Part shown: positions 14,596-28,045 of the stretch, piece after piece
Position numbering within the stretch: position 1 is the stretch's first letter
Layout of the letters: each line of letters starts with the position of its first letter
Made by a program: the position numbers and the translations under genes
The notes under the pieces: model-generated
What the model saw: the letters and a program-made list of their open reading frames with translations, nothing else
Told to the model about the DNA's origin: nothing
The model's database searches: none
Origin: the human T2T-CHM13v2.0 reference genome, Homo sapiens
Assembly (NCBI RefSeq): GCF_009914755.1
Contig: NC_060937.1
Direction: 5' to 3' (one strand)
DNA length: 64,000 nucleotides

Positions 14596-15504
14596 GCCAT
14601 CAATGCTGATGATATTTTAGTCTATTCTACCAGTACCACCTTATGTAACCACCTCTTCTGAATCATCTTGGGAAGATCACAGCCACACCCTTTCCAGCTG
14701 AGATTCTCTCCATTGGCACAGAGTTAGTAGGGTATTTTCTAAATGGTAGAAATAAATCTCTCTACTCTAAATGGCGGGTCTCTAAATGTTAGAAATAAAT
14801 CTCTCCACTCTCCCAGATGAGAAGGCATTCTCAAAAACCAAAGCTATCCAGCACTTCTTTAGCAAATGGCACTCTCAGAATTTTATACCTAACTTCCTCA
14901 CCCTAATCACTAATCAAACAAGAACCTTTCAGTTATCCAAGCCCCTTTCTAGGTCCTTTGTGCTGAGCCCGATTTTCTCTGATCTCAGGTGGGCAATTTA
15001 TGGCTAAGCCTGTTATCTTCAGTTTGGCCTTCCTAGGTTTTACAGTCTCCCAGTGAGTGCCCTATAATGCATGGTATAATTCTATTTCACCCTCACCATT
15101 CAGTTTCTCATCAGTATGGATTTTGTTTCCAGAAGGTTCTTATGTCAGTCAGTCTAAGTTAGAATGACACCTGTTGAGGTCTGAGTTGATCAAGTCAATC
15201 TTTTCATCATTCCCAGCAAAAAAATTTCTTCTTCTTCTTTGGCATGCAATGGACTCTGTTACATCAAATAAGTTAAGGACATCTCTGTGGCTCCCCCATG
15301 CCTAGCCCAGGAATAATGAATTGATGCATCCCTGCTTGTGTAGTGCCATTTATGATACTATTATAGCCAATGGTGTATTGAGGTTAATTGGTTACATGTC
15401 TCCTTACCTTTGGAGGACAGTAAATGTGCCTGATTCATCCTTTGAATCCTCACAGCTTAGCAGAGTCCTAGGGTTATATTCAGTATTCAGCTGATGTTTA
15501 ATGA

Positions 15505-15824
<320 letters not shown>

Positions 15825-15844
15825 TCTAATGATTCTTTATATAA

Positions 15845-15952
15845 CTTAATCTGTACAAAAACCCCCATGACACATGTTCACCTATATAACAAACCTGCAC
15901 GTCCTGCACATGCCTGCACACCCCTGCGCTTAAAAGTTAAAAAGAGAAAAAC
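15845..15952 (+). mobile_element. Short L1 3'-end fragment
   Basis: ctgtacaaaaacccccatgacac...aacaaacctgcac...ttaaaagttaaaaa resembles the L1 end at 12140-12225. Confidence 0.7.
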
Positions 15953-15981
15953 TCAAGAAACACTAATTTCATTCAATTTCC

Positions 15982-15987
15982 TTTAAT
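15982..15987 (-). terminator. Distal polyadenylation signal ATTAAA
   Basis: Plus-strand tttaat, followed on the minus strand by a T-rich downstream tract. Confidence 0.6.
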
Positions 15988-16113
15988 GAGTACTTGTTAC
16001 AGTAAAAGAGGTATAAAGTCCTGTTCCCAAGTCCAAACCACTTTTTAACTTAAATCTTGAGTTTTTCTGAATTACTCAATTTGAAGTAATTCTCTTTATA
16101 TCTGAAAAATGGT

Positions 16114-16119
16114 TTTATT
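16114..16119 (-). terminator. Proximal polyadenylation signal AATAAA
   Basis: Plus-strand tttatt within the 3' UTR. Confidence 0.65.
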
Positions 16120-16714
16120 GAAACGTTTGAGATTAAAAAATATGCATTGCAAGAAGCATATGACAAACATTCTGAGAGTACAAAATTAGTTGTAAAAAAT
16201 AACATAATTTACCAGTAAACCCACTCATATAGAAATGTGCAAAGCCTTTTGATATAAAAAGTTTTGTACACCAAGCACCTATTTTTATAACTTAGCTTCC
16301 CATGGAGAGATAATGGCTTGCGTGCATTTTATGTATCCATAACATACATACAAGGCTCGGTCTTTTCAATGGGATAACAGTTCACAACTCTTCGATTTGA
16401 ATTGTAATGAATCTGGTGACAAGGATTTTTCTCTAATGGATTCCAAAGTTAGCCAGAACTTTTAATGTCAAGATGAAAAAGGGTGTAAGGTGTTATATTT
16501 TCTTCAATTCCTTTACCACAGGAGGCTAACTCCACAATTTCCCTCATGTTTCTCATTCAGAAAAAAAAATATTAAATTTGTGTTCAGAATTATTTGATGA
16601 TTGCTTCTTTGTGCTGATGTTTCAGTTCCTGAAGTCAACTTGGCTCTCACAATTTTCTAAGGTCAGGTTATTGACTTAGGGTTGTATAAACATTTTTTTC
16701 TGGTTTTTGGATTT

Positions 16715-16752
16715 TCACTGAGAACGACCTTCCCTTAATCGTCTTCTAGATC
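16715..16752 (-). CDS. POSTN: POSTN exon 23 coding part (SRRRLREGRSQ*)
   Basis: attag|GAT acceptor; TGA at 16717-16715; 38 nt. Confidence 0.96.
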
Positions 16753-17583
16753 CTAATTAGAAAGAAAGGAGAATGTATAGACTGTAAATGTTAGGAAATT
16801 TTAAAATTTAAGAATATATTATTCTCTGTATATCTATCAGAGGCCATTATTTTTTGTAATAAACCTTAGATTATGTTTTCTTAATATCTTCAACTTATGG
16901 TGAAGCAAATATTATATTTTGATCAAAAGTATATAAAATAATAATTTGAAATTTAATAATTTTAACTCTTTAGAAAATTTGTGTCAATTTGGATATTTAC
17001 ATAGATTTACTGACACATTCTTTAGTTAAAAAATATCTGTGCAGTTGATCTTTTACTTTCAAAGGTCTGTATATTGGATTGGTTTAAAGTAAGAAGTTCC
17101 TATAGCGCATTGATAAGCCTTGTGTCTCCTTTTCACTACTAGTATCTAATTAACCCAGAAATTCCAAACTTGCAATTCCAAACTTGCAATTTACTCTAGC
17201 TTCCACAAGGGAAATTCTTGCTCTCTCAATGTATTGGAATGTAAGATAACTTAAGTGGAGGAATTAGCAAATGCACATAGTGTAATTATGAAATAAATTG
17301 TAATGCACATGTGATATATACATATATAATCTACATATTTAAATGAACATTTTGTAAATAGCTATATTAATGGTTTTTTGCATATATACATTTCTTATTT
17401 ACTTATGTCTCAAACTGTAGCATTGTCTCACATAATAACATTTTTAAGGATTCAGGTCCACCTGCAATCTACATTTGTTTATCTCTGATATTCAACAATT
17501 TCTTTTTGACTTAACTCTTATATACACAAAATTATATGTATACTTGTATATACAAAACATTACTTGTATATACAAAACATTAC

Positions 17584-17606
17584 ATATATATATATATATA
17601 TATATG
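17584..17606. repeat. (TA)n microsatellite preceded by a 20-bp tandem duplication (tacttgtatatacaaaacat x2)
   Basis: Seen directly. Confidence 0.85.
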
Positions 17607-17894
17607 TATGGAGAATATACACTTGAGTCTATCTCAAGGGTTCAATATGCCTAGCAGTTTACATGAGTATGTTGACCTTTCCCTTAATATTTGTTATTAG
17701 ATTCTGATAGTATAGAACATGAGAAATTTATTTTCTGATTGTTATCAAAATTGTTTTCATCAAAACTGGCTAGCTTTTCTCTCTGATCGATAACAAGTTT
17801 CAATAAAATACTTTAAAATCTTTCCTATTGTTTGATTTCTCTTCATGTAACAAAAGAGGCCATATACACACATTACTATAGCCAATACACTTAC

Positions 17895-17936
17895 CTTGAA
17901 CTTTTTTGTTGGCTTGCAACTTCCTCACGGGTGTGT
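17895..17936 (-). CDS. POSTN: POSTN exon 22 (TPVRKLQANKKVQ)
   Basis: tttag|ACA, AAG|gtaagt; 42 nt; phase 1-1. Confidence 0.95.
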
Positions 17937-19824
17937 CTAAAATTAAATTGTTGTAGTTAGAAATACTTTGCAATTATGGCTAAAATCAGACAGGAGACCA
18001 TGGTTAAACAGAACAGTGTAAAGTCTTAAATAAGTATCACTTAAACACGAAGATTATTTTTAGTAGTTAAATTTTATGATCCTCAGAGTTTTACATTTTT
18101 TTGTAAAGGACAAGTAGACAGACAGTGTTTTCCATATATCATAATGAATGTTTCTTAGTTGCAAAACACATTGTTTCATTATGGATTTTGGAACCCCACC
18201 TAATGTGCCATTTTTGCAGAGTAAATGACTTACATGATTTTTTCAATCTTTTTGTAAAAAACATTGCCTTATGATGAAGGGTTATTAAATGTCATATAAA
18301 GTTTAACACAAGTATCTTCCCAGAGTTAGCCACCCATTTTTGCAGTCATACCTATGTGCAATGTCTGCCTCTGTAAAATTATCACTAAGATCAATTTGTG
18401 ATTCCTTTATTGTACATTGACGACAACAAAGTAGCACTGACCTAATGATTCTAGAAATGTTATAATAAGTAATTCAGAAAGAATATGCCATCACCCTTAT
18501 TCCACCTCCCAACCTGATTCAGTGTCAATCCTATGAGATCCTTTTAAAAAATTAACTAATAAAAGCTTTTATATTTAAGAACTGCAAGTGTTTCAAAACT
18601 ATGCTGTTTTGTGTTGTTATAGTTGTAACATATTTCTCAATTTTCCTGTTTTTCTTTTAGTTTATTGACAAGACTACCTGGTCGGCCTAAATTCACATTT
18701 TCATTCAGTTTTTGGGCATTTGAGATCAAAGAGTAAGTATGGTTTCTACAGTTACTTCATTTTTCTACTTATCTTTTTAAATTTTTTCTCCAAATTTTGA
18801 CTTCTTTTATATGTATCATCTATACTCAGCATGAAGTCCAGTTTTTTCTATTATATACATGTTTTCAATTCGCTGAAATCATATAAAAAGTAAGCAATGA
18901 AACTGTCACCATGAATAGTTTTGGCTATATGACACCAAGCAAATTTTTTAAAAAAGAAATAACATTCAAAACAACTTATATATTCTGTTTCTGTCTACTT
19001 AGCACATTTTCACATTTCTTTCCCCCCAGAATATAAGGCATATAATCATTTATAAAACCACATTAATACTAGAGTAAAATATAGAACTATAGAAAAATAT
19101 CACTATGTTGGATAATGGGGAGAAGTCTGTGTAAAACAACCAAGTCTGAGTTATGAAATATTCTCCAACAGATATAAATAGATGTAAATATAAATATTTC
19201 TTAACTTCAGGTTTATTTGGTAACGAAATAATGGCTTCTAAAAAATTGTCAAGAAGAGACAGATCCAACCTTTAATTGGTGTGCAGGCACATTGCTTATA
19301 GTGGACTTATTAAATTCCAAATAGCAGTTAATTGTATAACTTAAAACTGCATCATAGAAGTATTTACCAATTTCTTTTCAAAACAAGTGTGCTCACTCAG
19401 ATTTCCTTTCATAATTTTGATAGCATCCAATTAATGAGGTTTTGCTGTGATAATATTCCAGAATAAAAAACATTCAATGTGTCAAACAAATACTTTGAAA
19501 GAACAGCTTGATTAATGTGTAGAAAACAGGTTTACTCCTAGCAGCTCTCTGCTATGTCAACATGAATGAGAGTTATATTAGATCATGTTTAGAGCAGCAA
19601 AACATGGGAAGATAAACCAATTACTTGAATATATTGGCACAAAGAACCACCCTACATCTTATTTCCTAAAGCATGCAAAGTACTCAGCTCAATTATTTTG
19701 ACATTTTATTTGCATGTTTGTTTTTTGTATGTTTCCATGGTTATGACTATGGAAATTTAAAGTTGGGTGAGAAACATTACTTAATTGACCATGTTAATGT
19801 CAATTGATGATTGACAGTAACATT

Positions 19825-19985
19825 TGATGACAGCTTACTTTGTGCTGAACATTGTTCTAAGAGCTTGTCATATATTAACTTATTTAGACTGTAGGTATCA
19901 CTACTATCCTCACTTTCAGATGAAGGAAACAAGCAAGAAAAGAGTCAACTAATTTGGGATTGAGTTGGGGCTCAGACTGAATGCA
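19825..19985 (-). mobile_element. MIR fragment
   Basis: gcttactttgtgctgaacattgttctaag...cactttcagatgaaggaaac resembles the MIR core. Confidence 0.55.
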
Positions 19986-20287
19986 GACCTACAACTCGAT
20001 CTACTATTCTCTATAGAGGTTACAAATCTTAACCTCTTATATTGGCAGATTTGCGAAAACCTTCAAAAATGACTTTTTGTTGTTGTTCCTTTCGACATAG
20101 TCTGTTATTCTCCTTTATTTGCTTGAGTCGTTTCAGAATGCATAATTCTAAGGTAAGCCCAAAAATTTTATGCATTTAATGAGAAATTTTTTCAGTTAAG
20201 GTCTTGGAAGTGTATCAGTGACAAATCACAACATCAGTACTCAAAGTACCAGTTAGCCATGTTAATAGTCATGACTTAAATGATTGA

Positions 20288-20694
<407 letters not shown>

Positions 20695-22690
20695 TCAGTT
20701 TTAGGTAGAACTTATTGAGTTGAAGAGCATGGTTCAGATATGTATTAATTGGCCAGACCTTGGAAAAAAAAAAAGTCTTACATAGTGTAATCTTTACTAG
20801 CTTCTTTTATCAATGCCTTTTAGGATCTAGACAAGGGGATACTTGTGACTCAGTAATGACCTGATGGTTTTAGATAGCTGGAAAAAAGAAAACAAGCATG
20901 TCCAATTAATGCTGGTACTAGTAATTCTACCGCATATAGTGTTTTTCCTACAAAAAGCAAAACCTTGGAGAAATGATTTGATAAAAACTTTTAATTTTTT
21001 TTGTTTTTTCACAATGCTATAATAGTTGACGTGGCATTGTGAAAACCGATGCCTTACAGATATGTAGAGAGATCATACACTGGGAACTAAAGGAATAAAC
21101 TTCTGGGATGATCAGAGGCAAGAGCTAAGAAAGGAGTTCATTAACTAAAAATTGAATGTCATATACTTAACTTGTAGCAGTTATATGTTTTCTTGGCTGA
21201 AGCAATTCTTTAGTATTTAACTGGATTTTTCATAGTGGCCTCAATAACAGGGGCTTATCAAAGGGGAAGAAAATATACTTACCTGAAATTTAATCCTAAA
21301 TGAATTAAAGCAATATAAACTGATGCAGCTACTAATTTATTGATTCCCTAAAAAGCACTACCATTCTACAAAGCTGCTTACTATGGCAAGGACTGAAAGA
21401 AAAAAAAAAAGAATTCAATTTAATCTTCATAATGTGTTTGTCTCTTCCCTCAAATCCTTAGATTTTTTTCCTAGCAGACAGTTGAGCATTTAGGGGTAGA
21501 TAGTGAATTCTTTGTTAGATCCTACAGGAATCTTTGGTTCCGTTATGGCTCTGTTGTGCTATGTACTCTTAGAATTCTGGGAGGAAACTTGTATTTTTCA
21601 GACATATATATTTCTATTGAGGGAAAATTCAATCATTGGTTGAATTAAAAATTTTTAAACTATCACTGACAAGTTTCTAAATACTATTTAAGAGATTTTA
21701 CGTTTATTAAACTACAGAATATAGAAATAATAATTGCTAAAAATATAGAAAGTCCCAAGATAATTTACATTTTCTTGGACATAGTGATACAGTTTTAAAA
21801 AGTATAAGCTGAAAAGCCATCTGGACTGTGTTTTGGATAAACATCAAACTTCAGTTATGTTTCTCAATTAATAGTATATTTCAAAGTGCCTATTTGGTTT
21901 TTCTAAAGAATATAAATACATGTTTCACAAAAAATAATTTTTCAGCTTAATTCTTTCCTTGTTAAAAAATGAAGTAGAAATTTATTTATTCAAATGCCAA
22001 TGATACAAATTATGTATCTATATAAACAACATCTTTGAATAATTACTATGTAGGGTTTGTGTAAGATTTTGAATTCTTTTTTTTTTTGTTCTTAAGGTTC
22101 ATTTAATGCCACAGACAGAGAACATTCCATAAAAGATTAAGATTAATTTTATATGCAAAATAACTTATATCTACAGGTATAGATTATCACTCAAACTGTT
22201 AGAAGAAACAGATATTCATTCCCAAGAATATAGTTTTGGAAAAGAATGTTACTAAATGCACTATTTTTGGCTATATCTATGTATAGAATTTAAAGACATG
22301 CCTTGATTGCTCTTATGGGGGCAGTGAATATAATTTTTTAAATATAAAAAGTATATCAAATTTGGGCTTGTTTAACAGCTAGCAATTTAACAATTATTTC
22401 CCTTTTGCATACTTAAAAGGCCCTTAAAATTATCTGAATCAAAGCAAAAAAAATATTCATTGCTCCCCAAACTTTATACCATAGAACTTTTTAAAGACTG
22501 TTTAAACTAGTAATCATTTCTTCATAACTATTAACTACCATTGAACCAATCCATCTATTAAGACAACAGTGGATGTTGTCTTTTTTTTTTTAACCCAATT
22601 AAAAGAAAAAATCTGCTTGCTCAGTCTTTAAAAAGTTGAACTCAGTCACTAGAACCTGTTAAGGGGGTTAGTTGTTGTCCTTTTACTAAC

Positions 22691-22774
22691 CTCCCTGAAG
22701 CAGTCTTTTAATTTCTTCATCTTCAAATAAATGACCATCACCACCTTCAATGAATTTGGTGACCTTGGTGACCT
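22691..22774 (-). CDS. POSTN: POSTN exon 21, cassette (VTKVTKFIEGGDG...RLLQG)
   Basis: ctcag|AGG, GAG|gttagt; 84 nt; phase 1-1. Confidence 0.95.
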
Positions 22775-23134
22775 CTGAGAGGATACATGTTTATAGCAGA
22801 AATTGGTTTATATAACAAAATAAAGACAGCAGACTTTATGTCATAAATAATGGCATCTGCCCAATAATGAATTCCAGCCCAACACTCGATTCTTTCACAA
22901 ATTTTAGTGCTGTTTTCTGACATACTAATATTCTTATAAAGTTGTTGAACAAAATACTGTATAAAAAATATGACTGCCATTTATGCTTAATTCCTTATTC
23001 TTGTGCTTTTTTCTTGTTGGTATGGAAATGAACAATAGATTGAGATAGAGTAGAAAACATGTAGAATGTTATTTTAGACTTGTATATGGATAGCTTAGGT
23101 AAAGTCACATTCTTATTTTCCTAGAAATGCTGAC

Positions 23135-23212
23135 CTTCTTGTAACAATTTCTTCAGAGTTTCTTCTGTTTCTCCACCTCCAGTAGAAATCCTAGTGTATT
23201 TTATTTCAGGAC
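23135..23212 (-). CDS. POSTN: POSTN exon 20 (PEIKYTRISTGGG...LLQE)
   Basis: catag|GTC, AAG|gtcagc; 78 nt; phase 1-1. Confidence 0.95.
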
Positions 23213-23242
23213 CTATGAGAAGGACAATGAAAAAGGTCTAAA

Positions 23243-23450
23243 ACAGAAGTAGGCAAACTTCTTCTGCGAAGTGACAGAGAGTAAGTATTTTACACTTGTG
23301 GGCCATGTAGTCTGTGTTGCCATTGTTCAACTCTGATACTTCAGTGTGAAAGCAGCCTTAGGTATTATATAAATGGATGGGAAAGACTGTGTTCCGATAA
23401 AACTTTATTTCCATAAATGGGTGGCACAAGCCACACTTGCTCACTAATTG
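23243..23450. mobile_element. MER58-like hAT MITE
   Basis: cagaagtaggcaaactt...gtgttccgataaaactttatt resembles recalled MER58A. Confidence 0.6.
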
Positions 23451-23970
23451 TTTAAACAAATACTTAAAGAATAGCTGAATTAAGGATTTTCGGCGAATTT
23501 TAGGCTAATTTGGACCAACTGGACGCTAGTTTGGAAGTCTGATATGAGGTTTACTGAAAATATTGATCAATTGCTTTGTATAAACTTGCTTCTATTTTGG
23601 CAGGTAGATGTACAGACCTTAAGATTAATGGAAGCTCAAATGAGGAAATGGCTTTTCTTCTAGGGTCCTCTAACTCATTAACAAACAGTAAAGTGAAAAT
23701 GGAATATCATATCAATGGTATATCATATTACATGTATGTATGCATACATGTAATAAAAACAAATGCTTTTAGATTTGTCTACAAATTTTCAATTCAGAGT
23801 AAAACATAGATTACATATTTAGAATAATATTATATCTGCCAAAATATGAAGTAACTTTAGTAATCACTATGAAAATGACTTGTTTCTTTAATGATTCTTA
23901 TATTTGGGGATTAACTATAATTTGATCTTTATAATCTAGGCATAGATCCATGTATGGAATTAATGGCTAC

Positions 23971-24060
23971 CTGTAATGATTCGTTCTTCTCGTGTCTCTT
24001 TTTCAGTTATTTCCACAGGCACTCCATCAATGATTTTGGTGTATTTTTTAATAATTGGCT
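23971..24060 (-). CDS. POSTN: POSTN exon 19, cassette (PIIKKYTKIIDG...RIIT)
   Basis: tttag|AGC, CAG|gtagcc; 90 nt; phase 1-1. Confidence 0.95.
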
Positions 24061-24759
24061 CTAAAAGCAGGGGAATACAAATGCATTTGATTTACCCTCA
24101 TATTGTGACTATACATCCATAAGCTAGACATTGTAATGATTAACTATATTTCTACAAATATTACCATTTAAGATTCAATCATAAACATTTTTAGAACATA
24201 TCCCCCAAAAATCATATCAATAGGGATCTAAAAGGTAATAGCTATGTCCTGAATCTTGGTTGAGAGAGAGGGCCATTTGACATCCTAACTCTCCATGCCA
24301 TACTTGTTTTCTGGATGTGGAATAAATACTTAGTGAGAATCCAGGGAGTTCTATATCATTGGAATGGGAGCCCTATCATAAATCCTAGTAGTGGAGTGGC
24401 TTATTAGACAGAGACTTATACAATGGTCATTTTTTCCTACTGTTTCTAATATTTCCTTTTATACTGACATTAATGTTACAATTTTATTCCACAATCCTCA
24501 CTTGTATATGCAAAAATCATGACATTTTGTTGGGCCCAGTGACTTAATAGATAAATTAATTCCAACTAGATCCATTAAAAGCTAACTATGTTTTATTTCT
24601 GACCAGCTAATAAGAACTCATAGCTGAGGAAATAATTCCCACAATTTTTATAAAATAAGAACTAAGAGAAAATATCAGATGTTCAATATTTCTAAACCAA
24701 CACTATTTCAAAATAATCACAGCGAAGGTAGTCGGCCCCAGGTAACATAAGGAACGCAC

Positions 24760-24849
24760 CTCCATGGATCACTTCAGTTATTGTTTCACCTTCTTTAATC
24801 AGTCTGAATTCAGGTTCACCTTCAATTTTGACTTTTGTTAGTGTGGGTC
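24760..24849 (-). CDS. POSTN: POSTN exon 18, cassette (PTLTKVKIEG...EVIHG)
   Basis: cccag|GAC, GAG|gtgcgt; 90 nt; phase 1-1. Confidence 0.95.
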
Positions 24850-27800
24850 CTGGGACATTATTTTAGGAGACAAATTATCATGTTAAAACAGTCCTTTAAA
24901 TTTACCGGAATAGGACATTTATTTCAACATTCGGTGTGACTCAACTCAAATGTCAAAGTGGTTTCAGGCTCTATGAAATCACTTTTAAATATTTCCCATT
25001 GTCTTCAAATTAGACAAGAGTTATGAGAACAAATGATTTAGTCTGTTTGTGTGCTACTAAAATTACTTTCATCTGCTTTAGCTTTTAAACAGATGGATAA
25101 ATCCATCTGTTTATTCGTAGTTATAAAGTATGATTATGCAAAATATTATATGTGGCTACACTTTGCAGATCATGCAGTATGTACACATTTGTGTTTCTCT
25201 GATAACTGGTGTAGATCCCACTTTATCATACTGATATTGTCTATTACTTTTTCCTTATTAAAATTTTTCATTTAAGTTTTAAAATCACTCAGTACCTTAT
25301 ATTTTTGATCTAGTGGGTATAGGAGTGAACATAAGAAAGTACCAAATGTATACCTACCTTTAAGATGCTGAATGTCAGGTTTTATGAGGAAAATAATTTG
25401 AGTACTTACCTTCTGTATGGGAATGATACACAATTAACCAGTTAATAGTTAAACAGTCCTTCAAATGCAAAAGATAAACTAGTGTTGCATTTGACTTGCA
25501 AAATGATTTTGCTACCACAGAAAATCATTTTGAAGGTTAGAAAGCTGCTTACTACATTAGTTAATTAAGACTGTTTCACAGAGGAGTAAGAAAAATAAGT
25601 TCAGTACATTTAACTCATACTGTAATAGCCTTCAATAGTGGAATGCAACTGTTGCTTGCTTATCTTTGAGAGCATTTTTTTTTGCTTGTTCAGAAATTGT
25701 CAATGTACATGATTACCAAAATGAAACCAGCCTAGAACAATCCAAAATAATGAAAATAAAAGTAAAGTTTTTTGAAACCATAAGTATTTCATGCCATAAT
25801 ATTTGATATATAAGGCCAAGGGATATTGAGCACAAAACATAAAGCCAGGTTTTTAAGGTGCGGTAACTTCAAAAGAAAGGACGCCTAAGGAATTTAAGAA
25901 CCAAAAATGCGTTAATAAAATATCTAAATCAATATTTCTTTAGAAAAGCCAAACTGAAATTTTGGAAACATCCTTTATAGTTAAGCTCTATAAAAGAAGA
26001 GATTTTCTCAAAATTGTTTTCCTATTTACTCCCAACACCTCAGAAAGTACCCAGCAGAATAGCTGCTCAATAACTATTTGTTGAATTGAATTTTAGCTGA
26101 TTTATTCTTAATTCCAAAATGCTGTTATGTATCTTTTATAAGAGACACCTTAAAATTGTGTCCTGGAGTTTAATTCATTTAGTAAGAATTTAAAAGTCAT
26201 CAATAAATCTGTAATTGTTCAAATAGTAAGAAGGAAATGCCAGTAGCAATCTTGGAAGCTGGACCATTGTAAATTACTACTAAGATAAATATTTGTTTCC
26301 TTCATTATGCTACACAGGAGTGTAATTTCTGAACTCAAGTTATTAATGAGTAGGTGACACAACTCCATTTTTCATCCATGTTCCCTTTATAAGAAGAAGC
26401 CATGTAGAGATGACCCGCCAGTATGATCTTAACTGAATAAAGATTAGTAGGATAGAATCCTACTGACAAAGATTGAGGAGATAAATAAGTTGAATAAAGA
26501 AGCTTCAAAGGAGAAGAATCTTTGAAAATAAGAACATTGGCACATGTAAATAATTTCAGGTAAAGAAGCTGTGCACAATTATAGTGCAAAATTTTAGGGA
26601 ATCTGATTTTTAAAAACAGGACAAGATTTGATTTTAAAATCAATTGTATTATCAAAGATCATTGTGTCATGTTTTATTACAATGATCAAGGAACATTTTT
26701 TCAACAAAACTTTCTGATTTAATTTCTTCTTAAAATACCGAATTGTCTTCATCACTACAGAAAGTCGATTAAATAATTATAATTATAGTATTTTTTTCAA
26801 GAAAAAAACAAGGATAGATTTCAAAGAATAACTCAATTTTAAGTCTCAAGAATAAATACTAATATAGATAACTAATTAGCTAGGAAATAAGTTTTTACCT
26901 ATGTATTTTCAGTGTATAAATTTAAATTAATGACTTACTTTAAAAAATATAGATAAAAGTATTCAAGAAGTTACCTTCTCAAACCACCAAAAGAAATAGC
27001 AAAACCAAACATAAGTATAATTACAGTTTCCCAAAGATTCCATCAAAGATATAATCTGTTCTCTTTTTGGAAGACTGTTTCTAGCTTTCTTATAGCACAA
27101 AGGAGATAACTAGTTCTTTTCTCTGGGTAAGTTGCTACATTAAGATGCTTATACATGGAAATCTTAAAAAATTTAAATTGTGATCCTTGGACATAATTAA
27201 AATACATGAAATGAAAGTAACATCAAAGATGTTGAAGTTGGCTAACATACATAGTGGGAGTAGAGAGAAAAGTAACTGCTTATTTAATGTTCTAGTCTGA
27301 AACATCAGGAGAGAATGTGTGTGTGTGTGTCTGTATTATATATATCTCATGTATAATATATACGTCTGTATGTAATAATATGTTCAGGGCTGGAATTAAG
27401 TATTTTAAAAATCAATTCACTGCATAAACTACTCATTTTGTTTTATAATTCTGATGGTCTAATTAAAAAATATCTCATGCGTGGTTGTAATTTTAAAAGC
27501 TTTCAGTAAACATAGCTTCTATGCTATCTTATGTTACACAATGAAAAATGCCTATACTTTTTTTTTTTGGAAGAGCTTCTTGCACTGTTATAAGAAAGAA
27601 CATGTGGGAGATTGCAAACAAAGCAACATAAAGAGTATACAGCCTGTAGGAGTCTGACTAAAGTAAAAAAAACTCATGTCTTTGTTTAGTGAGTATCTGT
27701 ATACTAAGTTAATGCAATGCCAATTAGATTCAAATTAAATCAAGTACAAGCAAATGTACTGAAAGTATTAGGAATGCATCATCTACTTTGCTAAATAATT

Positions 27801-27964
27801 TGCACTCCGCATTCTGCAATTACATGAGCATGCCATTGGTATAATATTGGTTATATAACATTTAACATGTTAGTTTTTAAAAGAATGTAGATACATTCAT
27901 AGAGATCAGTATTTTTACAGATGTTTTTACTATAAAAGGAACCATGTATAACATTGATTTTTAC

Positions 27965-28045
27965 CTTCAGTTTTGATAATAGGCTGAAGACTGCCTTCAA
28001 TCACTTTAATTTTTGGTTCCACAACTTTGGTTATAATTTTAGTTG
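27965..28045 (-). CDS. POSTN: POSTN exon 17, cassette (TKIITKVVEP...IIKTE)
   Basis: ttcag|CAA, AAG|gtaaaa; 81 nt; phase 1-1. Confidence 0.95.

Larger units (their letters stand above)
15965..16714 (-). other. POSTN: POSTN 3' UTR
   Basis: AT-rich sequence after the stop codon; carries TTTGCACA (miR-19 8mer seed match) at 16243-16236; 3' end inferred from polyA hexamers. Confidence 0.8.

Noticed and set aside
14600-15350. Unassigned sequence after the ERV truncation, including a ~30-bp local duplication at about 14740-14810
   Set aside because: Possibly an ancient retroelement, but I cannot assign a family or reading frame by eye
17161-17191. 14-bp tandem duplication attccaaacttgca x2
   Set aside because: Ordinary replication slippage deep in intron 22
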